In this document: piece by piece, positions 27,855 through 38,526 of the stretch
Position numbering within the stretch: the stretch's first letter is position 1
Layout of the letters: the number at the start of each line of letters is the position of its first letter
Assembly: GCA_007693335.1 (NCBI GenBank)
Contig: REDU01000064.1
Coordinates: forward strand, 104 to 64,103
Direction: 5' to 3'
From: Ilumatobacter sp.
GTDB taxonomy: Bacteria; Actinomycetota; Acidimicrobiia; Acidimicrobiales; Ilumatobacteraceae
DNA: 64,000 nt
Program-made: the position numbers and the translations under genes
The notes under the pieces: model-generated
What the model was told of the DNA's origin: nothing
Seen by the model: the letters and a program-made list of their open reading frames with translations, nothing else
The model's database searches: none

Positions 27855-29276
27855 TCAGGCCCCCGACGCCGGGTGCAGATCGATGATCCAGGTGTCCTTG
27901 CTGCCGCCACCCTGCGACGAGTTCACGACCAACGAACCCTTCGGGAGCGCCACCCGGGTGAGCCCTCCAGCGGTCACGTAGCTGCGCTCGCCGGTGAGGA
28001 TGAACGGACGGAGGTCGACGTGCCGTGGTTCGATCTCGTGGTCGATCAGGGTCGGCACGGTCGACAGCGACAGGATCGGTTGTGCGACCCAGTTGCGCGG
28101 ATCGGCCTCGATCGCCTCGACGGCCTCGGCCAGCTGGGCGTCGGTGGCCCGGCTCCCGATCAGGATGCCGTATCCCCCGCTCTCGTTGGCCGGCTTCAAC
28201 ACGAGGTCGGCGATGTTGTCGATCACGAACGCCCGCTCGTGGTCGTACATGCACCGGTAGGTGGGCACGTTGGGGATGATCGGCTCCTCGCCCAGGTAGT
28301 ACCGGATGAAGTCGGGCACCCACGCGTACACGACCTTGTCGTCGGCCACGCCGGCGCCGGGCGCGTTCGCGATGCCCACGTTGCCCGCCTTCCAGGCCCG
28401 CATCAGCCCGGGCACGCCGATCATCGACTCCGGATCGAACACCTCGGGGTCGAGGAACAAGTCGTCGATCCGCCGGTAGATCACGTGCACCCGCTCGAGC
28501 CCGGCGATGGTGCGCATGTAGACGCAGTCGTCGTCGCCCACGGCGAGATCGGCGCCCTCGACGAGTTCGGCACCCATCCGCTGCGCCAGGAACGAATGCT
28601 CGAAGTACGCCGAGTTGAACACCCCCGGTGTGAGCACCACGATCTGGGGGTTGGCCACCCCGTCGGGGGCGAGCGAGGTGAGCAGCTTGTTGAGCTCGTC
28701 GGTGTAGGCATCGACGGGCCGGATGCTCTGGCGGGCGAAGATCTCGGCGAACGCCCGCTTCGTGACCGCCCGGTTCTCGAGCACGTAACTGACGCCGCTC
28801 GGCACGCGCAGGTTGTCCTCGAGCACGTACATCTGGCCGTCGTCGTCGCGCACGAGGTCGGAACCCGAGATGTGCGCCCACACGCCGTGCTTGGGGTGCA
28901 CGCCCCGACACTGCTCACGGAAATTGACCGAGTCGTCGAGGAGGTCGGCGGGGAACACGCCGTCGGCGATCACCTGCTGATCGTTGTAGAGATCGTCGAT
29001 GAACCGGTTGAGCGCAGTGAGCCGTTGCACGAGGCCACGCTCGATCTGCGACCACTCGCGGCCGGAGATGACACGAGGGATGATGTCGAACGGCCAGGCC
29101 CGATCGATGTTGGCACCGTCGGAGTAGACGGTGAACGTGATGCCCATCGTCAAGATGTCGAGCTCGGCCACCTGTTGACGGTCGAGCAGCTCGTCACGCT
29201 CGAGCGAATGGATGAACTCCATCAGCGCCGCAGCGTGCGGACGCGGTGCTCCGGTCTCGGTGACGAGTTCGTCCAT
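27855..29276 (-). CDS. Circularly permuted type-2 ATP-grasp protein
   Basis: 473 aa with VIYRRIDDLFLDPEVF, GVPGLMRAWKAGNVGIANAPGAGVADDKVVY and LVLKPANESGGYG, typical of the CP_ATPgrasp_2 (DUF404/DUF407) family. Confidence 0.87.
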   Translation of the reverse strand: MDELVTETGAPRPHAAALMEFIHSLERDELLDRQQVAELDILTMGITFTVYSDGANIDRAWPFDIIPRVISGREWSQIERGLVQRLTALNRFIDDLYNDQQVIADGVFPADLLDDSVNFREQCRGVHPKHGVWAHISGSDLVRDDDGQMYVLEDNLRVPSGVSYVLENRAVTKRAFAEIFARQSIRPVDAYTDELNKLLTSLAPDGVANPQIVVLTPGVFNSAYFEHSFLAQRMGAELVEGADLAVGDDDCVYMRTIAGLERVHVIYRRIDDLFLDPEVFDPESMIGVPGLMRAWKAGNVGIANAPGAGVADDKVVYAWVPDFIRYYLGEEPIIPNVPTYRCMYDHERAFVIDNIADLVLKPANESGGYGILIGSRATDAQLAEAVEAIEADPRNWVAQPILSLSTVPTLIDHEIEPRHVDLRPFILTGERSYVTAGGLTRVALPKGSLVVNSSQGGGSKDTWIIDLHPASGA

Positions 29277-29317
29277 CGCCGACGAAGATAGACGCGAGCG
29301 GCCGGCGACGTCGGATG

Positions 29318-30574
29318 TCAGACGTCGGCAGGCTTGGGCTCGCGGGGCAGACCGAGCACACGCTCACCCACGATGTTGCGCTGCACCTGGCTCGTGCCAC
29401 CCCAGATCGTCTCGGACCTCGAGAAGAAGAACGACGACATCATCGCACTCACCGGATACCCCTCGCGTCGCTTGTCGCGTGCGGCGCCCGGCCACGAACC
29501 GACCGACGGACCCGTGTCGATCAGCATCGACTCGGCACCGAAGATGTCGAGCGCGAGCTCCATCGCCCGCTGGTGCATCTCCGACCAGAACATCTTGTTG
29601 GTGACCCCCAATGCGATCGTGCCCATGTCACGGGAGTCGTTCAGCGTGGCGGTGAGGTTGCGGAGCCCGTTGATCCGCAGGATCTGGATCTTGGTGTAGA
29701 AGACCATCAGTCGCTGGCGGATGTGAGGATCGTGGATGGCGCCGTTCCCGGTGGCCGCCTCGACCAGCAGGCGGTACTCCTCCTCGAAGCGCCGGAAGCC
29801 GGTGGTGGCCGACTGACCGCGCTCGAACGCGAGCGTGGAGTTGGCGACCTTCCAGCCGTTGTTGACCCCGCCGACCACGTTGTCCTTCGGGCAGCGGGCA
29901 TCGTCGAAGAACACCTCGGAGAACTCGGCGGTGCCGTCGGGCTGGGTGATGCCGCGGACCTCGACGCCGTCCTGGCGCATCGGCACGAGCATGTACGAGA
30001 TGCCCTTGTGCTTGGGGGCGGCGGGATCGGTGCGGGTGAGCAAGAAGCAGTAGTCGGCGTGGTGGCCCTGCGTGGTCCACACCTTCTGGCCGTTGATCAC
30101 CCACTCGTCGCCGTCGAGCACGGCGCTGGTCTTGATGCTGGCCAGGTCTGAGCCCGAGTTCGGCTCGGAGAAGCCCTGGCACCACCGGGTCTTCCCCTGG
30201 AGGATGCCGGGCAGGAACTCCTGCTTCTGCTCCTCGGTGCCCCACTGCAGCAGGGTCGGGCCGACCAGGGTGTCGCCGAAGAAGTCGCCGCGCATCGGGG
30301 CCTTGGCCCGGGCGAACTCCTCGGCCAGCACGACCCCCTGCATCGTGGTCAGGCCCTTGCCGCCGTACTCGGCCGGCCAGGTGGCGCAGATCCAGCCGCC
30401 CTCGAACAGCTTCTTCGGCCACTCGACGTTGAACTGCTTCCGCTCGGCGTCGCTCATCTCGAGGCCGGTCGGGTCGTGGTGCTCGTCGAACCAACCGTCG
30501 GGCAGGTTCTCGACGAGCCACCCCCGGATCTCGGTGCGGAACTCCTCGGCGTCGGCGGGGTAGGTGAGGTCCAT
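29318..30574 (-). CDS. Acyl-CoA dehydrogenase (FadE-like)
   Basis: WCQGFSEPNSGSDLAS, INGQKVWTT and a C-terminal IWGGTSQVQRNIVGERVLGLP. The start is taken at MDLTYPADAEEF (ATG 30574). Confidence 0.9.
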   Translation of the reverse strand: MDLTYPADAEEFRTEIRGWLVENLPDGWFDEHHDPTGLEMSDAERKQFNVEWPKKLFEGGWICATWPAEYGGKGLTTMQGVVLAEEFARAKAPMRGDFFGDTLVGPTLLQWGTEEQKQEFLPGILQGKTRWCQGFSEPNSGSDLASIKTSAVLDGDEWVINGQKVWTTQGHHADYCFLLTRTDPAAPKHKGISYMLVPMRQDGVEVRGITQPDGTAEFSEVFFDDARCPKDNVVGGVNNGWKVANSTLAFERGQSATTGFRRFEEEYRLLVEAATGNGAIHDPHIRQRLMVFYTKIQILRINGLRNLTATLNDSRDMGTIALGVTNKMFWSEMHQRAMELALDIFGAESMLIDTGPSVGSWPGAARDKRREGYPVSAMMSSFFFSRSETIWGGTSQVQRNIVGERVLGLPREPKPADV

Positions 30575-30595
30575 GCCCACCATTGTGCCCTGACC

Positions 30596-30613
30596 CTTGA
30601 CCCGCGGGTCAAG
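30596..30613. promoter_or_regulatory. Perfect 18-bp palindrome CTTGACCCGCGGGTCAAG just upstream of the acyl-CoA dehydrogenase start
   Basis: Read directly from the sequence. It lies 22 nt from the ATG at 30574, in the divergent region. It is a candidate dimeric repressor operator. Confidence 0.45.
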
Positions 30614-30679
30614 TCGCACGTAACACGACGTTCACCGGCGCCCAACACCGGTGAAACGTGGCGCGCGTACCGTGCACCC

Positions 30680-30964
30680 GTGGACCGACCCGCTCCTGTG
30701 TCGAACGCCGTGCTGCCCGATCAGGTCACACGGCCGCAGGACTCTCGCCCCCTCGAGCACCTGACTCCACAGGAGCGGGCGGTCTACCAGGTCTTGGAGG
30801 CCAACTGTGGTCGCGTGCTCAGCCGCCACGAGATCGCCCGTGCCGCCGGGATCGGCGAACTGAGCGACCGCCGCTGTGATTCGCTGATCGTGGGCGTGCG
30901 CCGCGCCGTGGGTGCCGACCGCGTCCGCACCGTGCGCCGCCGCGGCTGGATGCTCGTCGCCTGA
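30680..30964 (+). CDS. Small stand-alone winged-helix (OmpR/PhoB effector-type) DNA-binding protein, with no receiver domain
   Basis: LTPQERAVYQVLEANCGRVLSRHEIARAAG..SLIVGVRRAVGADRVRTVRRRGWMLVA matches the trans_reg_C pattern. Only GTG starts are available (30680, 30698 or 30710). The upstream part of the 162-aa ORF is antisense to the ACAD gene. Confidence 0.45.
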   Translation: MDRPAPVSNAVLPDQVTRPQDSRPLEHLTPQERAVYQVLEANCGRVLSRHEIARAAGIGELSDRRCDSLIVGVRRAVGADRVRTVRRRGWMLVA

Positions 30965-30985
30965 GCACCCCGCTCGCACCAACTG

Positions 30986-31023
30986 GCCACAGACACGAAA
31001 CATTCGGGCGACAGGCCGGAAAC
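30986..31023 (+). promoter_or_regulatory. GlnR-type double box upstream of amt
   Basis: GCCAC-n6-GAAAC-n6-GCGAC-n6-GAAAC was read directly. It fits the actinobacterial GlnR consensus gTnAc-n6-GaAAc-n6-GtnAC-n6-GAAAC. It lies about 110 nt upstream of the amt GTG. Confidence 0.55.
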
Positions 31024-31132
31024 CGGGCTCCCTTACGGTTCGCCGCAGTCGGGCGGCAACGTGGCCCCTCGCGGACATCAACCCCTACTCAACCCATCTA
31101 CGTGCCCCTACGCACATGACAAGGAGCCACTC

Positions 31133-33375
<2,243 letters not shown>

Positions 33376-33430
33376 CGGCTTCGCCCGACAGCTCTCGCCA
33401 CGCCGGGCACCATCGGCCTACATTGGCGAC

Positions 33431-34636
33431 ATGACCGACACGACGGCTCCCCCCGAAGCCCCCGCTGCCAAGAAGGAGCGGTGGACCGCCCAGTGGAAGG
33501 AGCTGTACGCCGAAGTCATCACCACCGGGCTCTGCACCGGATGCGCCGGGTGCGTGGTCACCTGCCCCCACGACGTGATCGGCTACGAGCACGAAGAGGG
33601 CAAGTACATCCCGTTCCATCTCGAAGAGGAGCTCGGGCTCGACAACTGCGTCCACGGCTTCGGCGAGCAGGGCGGTTGCACCACCTGCACCCGGGCCTGC
33701 CCCCGATTCCGCGCCTGGGAGCCCGCCGCCGACATGCACCTGTTCGGCCGGGTGCGCGAACCCGACGAGATGTCGGGCATCTGGCGCCAGCTCTTGCTCA
33801 CCCGGGCCAGCGACGACATGGTGCACAAGATGGGCCAGGACGGCGGGCTCGTGTCGGCGATGCTCATCTGGTTGCGTGAGCACGACTACATCGACGCCGC
33901 GCTCGTGTCGGGGGTGGAGGACGACGATGCGTGGAAGGCCAAGCCCGCCGTGGTCTCGACCACCGACGAGATCCTCGCCACCGCCGGCAGCCGCTACACG
34001 TACTGCGCGAATCCCCTCGCCCTGCCCGAGGCGAAGGAGAAGGGCTTCGAACGACTCGCGCTGGTCGGCATGGGCTGCCAGACCTCGTCGCCACCGGTGA
34101 TGTGGGACCGCAAGGCCGGCAAGATCTCCAAACCGTTCCTGTTCAACATCGGTCTGCTCTGCTCCAAGACGTTCGACGACGCCATCTTCACCGAACTGTT
34201 CGAGGCCAAGTACGGGCTCAAGAAGGCCGAGATGGCCAAGATGAACATCAAGGGTGTCTTCCAGATCTGGATGAAGGACGGTTCGTACCACGAGATCGAC
34301 CTGAAAGAGTGCCACCAGTGGACCCGTCAGGGCTGCAAGACCTGCCCCGACTTCGCTGCCGAGCACTCCGACGTGGCCACCGGCGGGATCGGCAAGGACA
34401 ACGACTGGACGCTCACGATCGTCCGCACCGAGTTGGGCGAGGAGGTCATCAACCGGATGATCGCGGACGGCTCGATCATCTCGCGCCCGGCACAGGAGGA
34501 CGACGAGGCGATGCGGCTGCTGCGGCTGCTGTCGATCGTGAGTCGGCGCCGCTGGCCCAAAGAGGCCGACGCCGCGCCCGCCATCGGCGTGCCGCCGCCC
34601 AAGAAGAAGAAGGCCGCCCCGGCACCAGCCGGCTGA
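33431..34636 (+). CDS. FrhB/FdhB-family (coenzyme F420 hydrogenase/dehydrogenase beta-subunit-like) iron-sulfur flavoprotein
   Basis: N-terminal ferredoxin-type clusters CTGCAGCVVTCP and CTTCTRACP. FrhB-like core (GQDGGLVSAML, AGSRYTY, LALVGMGCQ) and C-terminal CKTCPDFAAEHSDVATGG. Lys-rich tail PPPKKKKAAP. Confidence 0.8.
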   Translation: MTDTTAPPEAPAAKKERWTAQWKELYAEVITTGLCTGCAGCVVTCPHDVIGYEHEEGKYIPFHLEEELGLDNCVHGFGEQGGCTTCTRACPRFRAWEPAADMHLFGRVREPDEMSGIWRQLLLTRASDDMVHKMGQDGGLVSAMLIWLREHDYIDAALVSGVEDDDAWKAKPAVVSTTDEILATAGSRYTYCANPLALPEAKEKGFERLALVGMGCQTSSPPVMWDRKAGKISKPFLFNIGLLCSKTFDDAIFTELFEAKYGLKKAEMAKMNIKGVFQIWMKDGSYHEIDLKECHQWTRQGCKTCPDFAAEHSDVATGGIGKDNDWTLTIVRTELGEEVINRMIADGSIISRPAQEDDEAMRLLRLLSIVSRRRWPKEADAAPAIGVPPPKKKKAAPAPAG

Positions 34637-34650
34637 GCGGCGCCGCTCAG
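34633..34650. terminator. Palindromic hairpin between convergent genes (candidate bidirectional terminator)
   Basis: CTGAGCGGCGCCGCTCAG is a perfect 18-bp palindrome. It overlaps the frhB-like stop and lies 10 nt from the lipoprotein gene stop. There is no clear U-tract. Confidence 0.4.
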
Positions 34651-34660
34651 CTGCGAGCGA

Positions 34661-34951
34661 TCAGGAGTTGCAGGCCGCCAGATCGCGCTCGAAGCGGGCG
34701 AGAGCGGCCACACCGTCGGTGTTGCCGGCATCGGCCGATTCGGCGATGCCCTGCAGGTCGTCCGGGGAATACTCGTCGATCTGCTCCCGCATGCACTCGC
34801 CCGTGGCCTCGCTGATCTGGCCCTGTACCACCATCCGGTCGACCATGTCCTCGGCGACCCGCTTCGACGACGGGGTCGATGCGCAGGCACTCAGCCCCAT
34901 CACGGCCACCAGGGCGAGCACGGCGAGGCGGTGGGGGCGACGGGCGTTCAC
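34661..34951 (-). CDS. Small lipoprotein of unknown function
   Basis: MNARRPHRLAVLALVAVMGLSAC is a signal peptide with a lipobox. The mature part is 73 aa and carries two further Cys. Confidence 0.6.
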   Translation of the reverse strand: MNARRPHRLAVLALVAVMGLSACASTPSSKRVAEDMVDRMVVQGQISEATGECMREQIDEYSPDDLQGIAESADAGNTDGVAALARFERDLAACNS

Positions 34952-34982
34952 AGCGATGAAAGGCTACTGCCAGACTGTGCCG

Positions 34983-35900
34983 ATGCCCCTCCACCCCCAG
35001 GCACGTTCGCTCCTCGAGGCCATCGAGGAACTCGACCAGCCACCTCTCGAGGAGCTCGAGCCCGACGACGCCCGTGAGAGCCGGGCGGCGCTGGTGCGAC
35101 CGTCGCTCATCGAGGGGGTCGTGATGCAGGACCTCGACGCCGGCGGGGTGGGGGCGCGGCTGTACCGGCCGGCGATGGTGCCCGACGGGGTGCCGACGGG
35201 ACTCCTGCTCTGGTTCCACGGGGGCGGCTGGGTGTTGGGCTCGGTCGATGGCCATGACGACCTGTGTCGCTCTCTCGCCCTCCGATCCGGCAGCCGGGTG
35301 CTCAGCGTCGAATACCGACTGGCCCCCGAACATCCCTTTCCCGCCGGGCTCACCGACGCCATCACGAGCGCCAGATGGGCCCACGAGCATGCCGCCGAGT
35401 TGGGCGCCGACCCCGACCGCATCGCCCTGGGCGGTGACTCGGCCGGGGCGAACCTCGCCGCGGTGGTGGCCCAGCTCGCACCCGTGCCACTGCGGTACCA
35501 GGTGCTGGTGTACCCGGTGACCGACGCTCGACGCACCACCGACTCGTACCGCGAGAACGGCGACGGTCGGTTCCTCACCGCGGCGGGCATGGAGTGGTTC
35601 GTGAACCACTATCTCGCAGGCGGACAGGGATCCGAGGGTGACCCCCGGGTGTCGCCCCTGTTGGCATCCGAACAGGCCGTCGCAGCGTCACCACCCACGC
35701 TCGTCATCACCGCCCAGTTCGATCCGTTACGCGACGAGGGGGTGGCCTACGCCGATCGTCTCGCCGATGTCGGGGTGGCCACCAGCCACGTCATGTTCCA
35801 CGGCCAGATCCACGGTTTCGTGTCGATGCCCGAGTTCCTCGACGACGCCGACACCGCCCGGGCCGTGATCGCACAGGCCCTCGCCACCGCCTTCCGCTGA
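34983..35900 (+). CDS. Alpha/beta hydrolase, hormone-sensitive-lipase-type esterase
   Basis: Oxyanion HGGGW, nucleophile elbow GDSAGANL, and a C-terminal DPLRDEG...HGF. An alternative start exists at 34956. Confidence 0.85.
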   Translation: MPLHPQARSLLEAIEELDQPPLEELEPDDARESRAALVRPSLIEGVVMQDLDAGGVGARLYRPAMVPDGVPTGLLLWFHGGGWVLGSVDGHDDLCRSLALRSGSRVLSVEYRLAPEHPFPAGLTDAITSARWAHEHAAELGADPDRIALGGDSAGANLAAVVAQLAPVPLRYQVLVYPVTDARRTTDSYRENGDGRFLTAAGMEWFVNHYLAGGQGSEGDPRVSPLLASEQAVAASPPTLVITAQFDPLRDEGVAYADRLADVGVATSHVMFHGQIHGFVSMPEFLDDADTARAVIAQALATAFR

Positions 35901-36620
35901 TCATCCAGCCAGCTCGAGGGCGCGGGCGAACACGGCATCGAGCATCTGCTCGGTGAGCCGGCCGGTGAACGTGTTCTGCTGGCTCGGGTGGAACGAGCAC
36001 AGCAGCACCGGGCCGTCAGCCAGCGGCACCTCGACGGCGTGGCCGAACTTCGGGCGCGGCCGCACGCCGAAGTGCCCGCATGCCGCCGCGTAGCCGAAGC
36101 CGCCGAGGCACACGATCACGTGCGCCCGTTCGAGCGCCGCGAGCTCGCGACGCAGGAACGGCGCACACGCATCGCGCTCGGCCGGGGTGGGCCTGTTCGC
36201 GGGTGGGGCGCACTTGACCGCCGCCGTCACCCAGGCGTCGGTCAGGGTGAGACCGTCACCCCGCGCCACCGATTCCGGCTGATTCGCGAGTCCCGCCCGG
36301 TGCATGGCCCGGAACAACCAGTCACCGCTGCGGTCGCCCGTGAACACGCGACCGGTGCGGTTGGCCCCGTGGGCTGCCGGCGCCAGCCCGAGCACCACGA
36401 TGCGAGCGGCAGGATCGCCGAACCCGGGGATGGGGCGACCCCAGTACTCCTGGTCGGCGTAGGCGGCCCGCTTGGTGGCGGCCACCTCCTCGCGCCACGC
36501 CACCAGGCGCGGGCACGCACGGCAGCTGACCACCTCGCGCTCGAGCGCACCGAGCTGGGCAGTGCGTCCCGTCTCCACCTCTCCATCCTGGCCGAACGCC
36601 AGTAGGTTGGACCCACACAT
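35901..36620 (-). CDS. Uracil-DNA glycosylase, family 5 (UdgB-like)
   Basis: CRACPRL, GLAPAAHGANRTGRVFTGD and SFHPSQQN. The start is uncertain: the ATG at 36620 shares CATG with the divergent gene, and a GTG near 36580 is an alternative. Confidence 0.82.
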   Translation of the reverse strand: MCGSNLLAFGQDGEVETGRTAQLGALEREVVSCRACPRLVAWREEVAATKRAAYADQEYWGRPIPGFGDPAARIVVLGLAPAAHGANRTGRVFTGDRSGDWLFRAMHRAGLANQPESVARGDGLTLTDAWVTAAVKCAPPANRPTPAERDACAPFLRRELAALERAHVIVCLGGFGYAAACGHFGVRPRPKFGHAVEVPLADGPVLLCSFHPSQQNTFTGRLTEQMLDAVFARALELAG

Positions 36621-37281
36621 GGCGAAGAAGAAGACGACCAGCGCCCCGGCCACCACCATCCTGCTCGTGCGTCACGGCCAGACGCCCACCACCGGCACCA
36701 CGCTCCCCGGGCGTGCACCCGGTCTGCACCTCGCCGACACGGGACGGGCCCAGGCCGAACGTGCTGCCGAGCGCATCGGCGAACTCCCGGCGGTCGATGC
36801 CGTCTACACGTCTCCGCTCGAGCGCGCCCGGGAGACGGCCGCTCCGATCGCCCGGGCCACCGGACTCCGGCCCAGGGTCGGACGTGGGCTGCTCGAGTGC
36901 GACTTCGGCGAGTGGACCGGCGCCGAACTCAAGACGCTGATGAAGCTGCCCGAGTGGTCCACGGTGCAACGGGCACCGAGCACGTTCCGGTTCCCCGGTG
37001 GTGAGAGCTTCGCCGAGATGCAGCATCGGATCGTGGGCGCGCTCGACAAGATCCGGGCGGCGCATCCCGGCGGCACGATCGTGTGCGTGTCGCACGCCGA
37101 CCCCATCAAGGCGGCGGTGGCGTACGCGCTCGGCACCCACCTCGACCTGTTCCAACGCATCGTCATCTCCACCTGCTCGATCAGCGCGCTGGCGTGGCCG
37201 AGCGGCGCCACCGGCGGCGCACCGGTGGCGCTCACCGTCAACTCGATCGGCGGCAGCCTGGCCGACCTCCGTCCGTCATGA
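36619..37281 (+). CDS. Histidine-phosphatase-superfamily protein, MSMEG_4193-type probable phosphomutase
   Basis: ILLVRHGQT (RHG), SPLERARETA, ECDFGEW and VCVSHADPIKA. It is followed by DUF3090 and the kinase-like gene, as in the conserved actinobacterial trio. Confidence 0.83.
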   Translation: MAKKKTTSAPATTILLVRHGQTPTTGTTLPGRAPGLHLADTGRAQAERAAERIGELPAVDAVYTSPLERARETAAPIARATGLRPRVGRGLLECDFGEWTGAELKTLMKLPEWSTVQRAPSTFRFPGGESFAEMQHRIVGALDKIRAAHPGGTIVCVSHADPIKAAVAYALGTHLDLFQRIVISTCSISALAWPSGATGGAPVALTVNSIGGSLADLRPS

Positions 37282-37309
37282 CCGGACGAGGCATGCCGGA
37301 GTACACGCG

Positions 37310-37813
37310 ATGAGTGCATTCTTCGAGTTCGAGCACGTCGATGCGTTCACCACCGGTGCCGTCGGCCGACCCGGTGAGCGCGTCTTCTACCTCCAGGCGC
37401 GTCAGGGTCGCCAGCGGGTGGCGGTCAAGTGCGAGAAGCAGCAGGTGAGCGCCATCACCCAGTACCTCCGGCGCGTGCTCCACGACCTGCCGTCGCCCGA
37501 GGAACGTCCGATGGCCGGTGCACTCGAGCTCGCCACCCCTGTCGACACCGAGTTCGTGCTCGGGCCGATCGGGCTCGGCTACGACCGCTCCAGCGATCGA
37601 CTCGTGGTCCAACTCGAAGAAGCCGTGCCCACCGACGAAGAAGGCGAGCCGCTCGAGCCGGAGCAGGGCCACATCCGGGTGTACCTGAGTCGGAGTCAGG
37701 CCGCTGCGTTCTGCGAGCACGCCGACAAGGTGGTGGCCGCCGGTCGACCCGACTGCCAATGGTGTTCGCTCCCGATCGACCCCGACGGTCACCCATGTCC
37801 GCGGATGAACTGA
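37310..37813 (+). CDS. DUF3090-family protein
   Basis: FEFEHVDAFTTGAVGRPGERVFYLQAR.. with a C-terminal CQWCSLPIDPDGHPCPRMN Cys/His motif. It occupies the middle position in the trio. Confidence 0.78.
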   Translation: MSAFFEFEHVDAFTTGAVGRPGERVFYLQARQGRQRVAVKCEKQQVSAITQYLRRVLHDLPSPEERPMAGALELATPVDTEFVLGPIGLGYDRSSDRLVVQLEEAVPTDEEGEPLEPEQGHIRVYLSRSQAAAFCEHADKVVAAGRPDCQWCSLPIDPDGHPCPRMN

Positions 37814-38526
37814 GCGCCGGCTCCGGCGCCGAGGCCACCGACCAGCGGACCTTCCTGCGCGAGGGCGAGATCGAGGTCGAAGGTCGCATGCCGTGGAGTT
37901 CGAACGCCACGTTCCTCGTGACCGTGCACCACGACGGCACGAGCCACCGGGCCATCTACAAGCCGGTACGCGGCGAGCGCCCGCTGTGGGACTTCGAACC
38001 CGGCCTGCACCGACGCGAGTACGCGGCGTACGTGTTGAGCGAGCACGTCGGCCTCGGTGTCGTCCCCACCACGATCATCCGCGACGGACCCTTCGGTGAG
38101 GGCTCACTGCAGTGGTTCGTCGAGGCCGACCACTCCGAGCACTACTTCACGATCTTCGAGCAGCGCACCGATCTGCACGATCAGCTCCGCTCGATCGCCG
38201 TGTTCGACCTCCTGGCCAACAACACCGACCGCAAGAGCGGCCACTGCCTGCTGGCCGACGACCGCGTCTGGGCGATCGACCACGGGCTCTGCTTCGCGGC
38301 ACCGTCGAAGCTGCGCACCGTCATCTGGGAGTTCGCCGGTGAGGAGATCGAGCGGACCGTGGTCGAGGCGGTGGCCGAGCTGGTCGCGTCGGTACCACTC
38401 ACGCTCGCGACACTGCTCGACGACGCCGAGGTCGACGCCATCCGCCGGCGCGCCCGCACGCTGGTCGAGCTGCCGGTGTTCCCGAGCGACGAGACCGGCG
38501 GCCGGTACCCCTGGCCACTGGTGTGA
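37795..38526 (+). CDS. SCO1664-family protein (PI3/PI4-kinase-like fold, probable small-molecule kinase)
   Basis: AIYKPVRGERPLWDF, catalytic-loop-like DLLANNTDRKSGHCL and AIDHGLCF. It overlaps the DUF3090 gene by 19 nt. Confidence 0.78.
   Translation: MSADELSAGSGAEATDQRTFLREGEIEVEGRMPWSSNATFLVTVHHDGTSHRAIYKPVRGERPLWDFEPGLHRREYAAYVLSEHVGLGVVPTTIIRDGPFGEGSLQWFVEADHSEHYFTIFEQRTDLHDQLRSIAVFDLLANNTDRKSGHCLLADDRVWAIDHGLCFAAPSKLRTVIWEFAGEEIERTVVEAVAELVASVPLTLATLLDDAEVDAIRRRARTLVELPVFPSDETGGRYPWPLV

Noticed and set aside
30575-31132. A riboswitch or other structured RNA (for example a glutamine-type element) in the long region upstream of amt
   Set aside because: Most of the region is taken up by the small wHTH ORF and the GlnR-type boxes. 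I could not recognise any known riboswitch core by eye. A covariance-model scan would be needed, so I make no claim.
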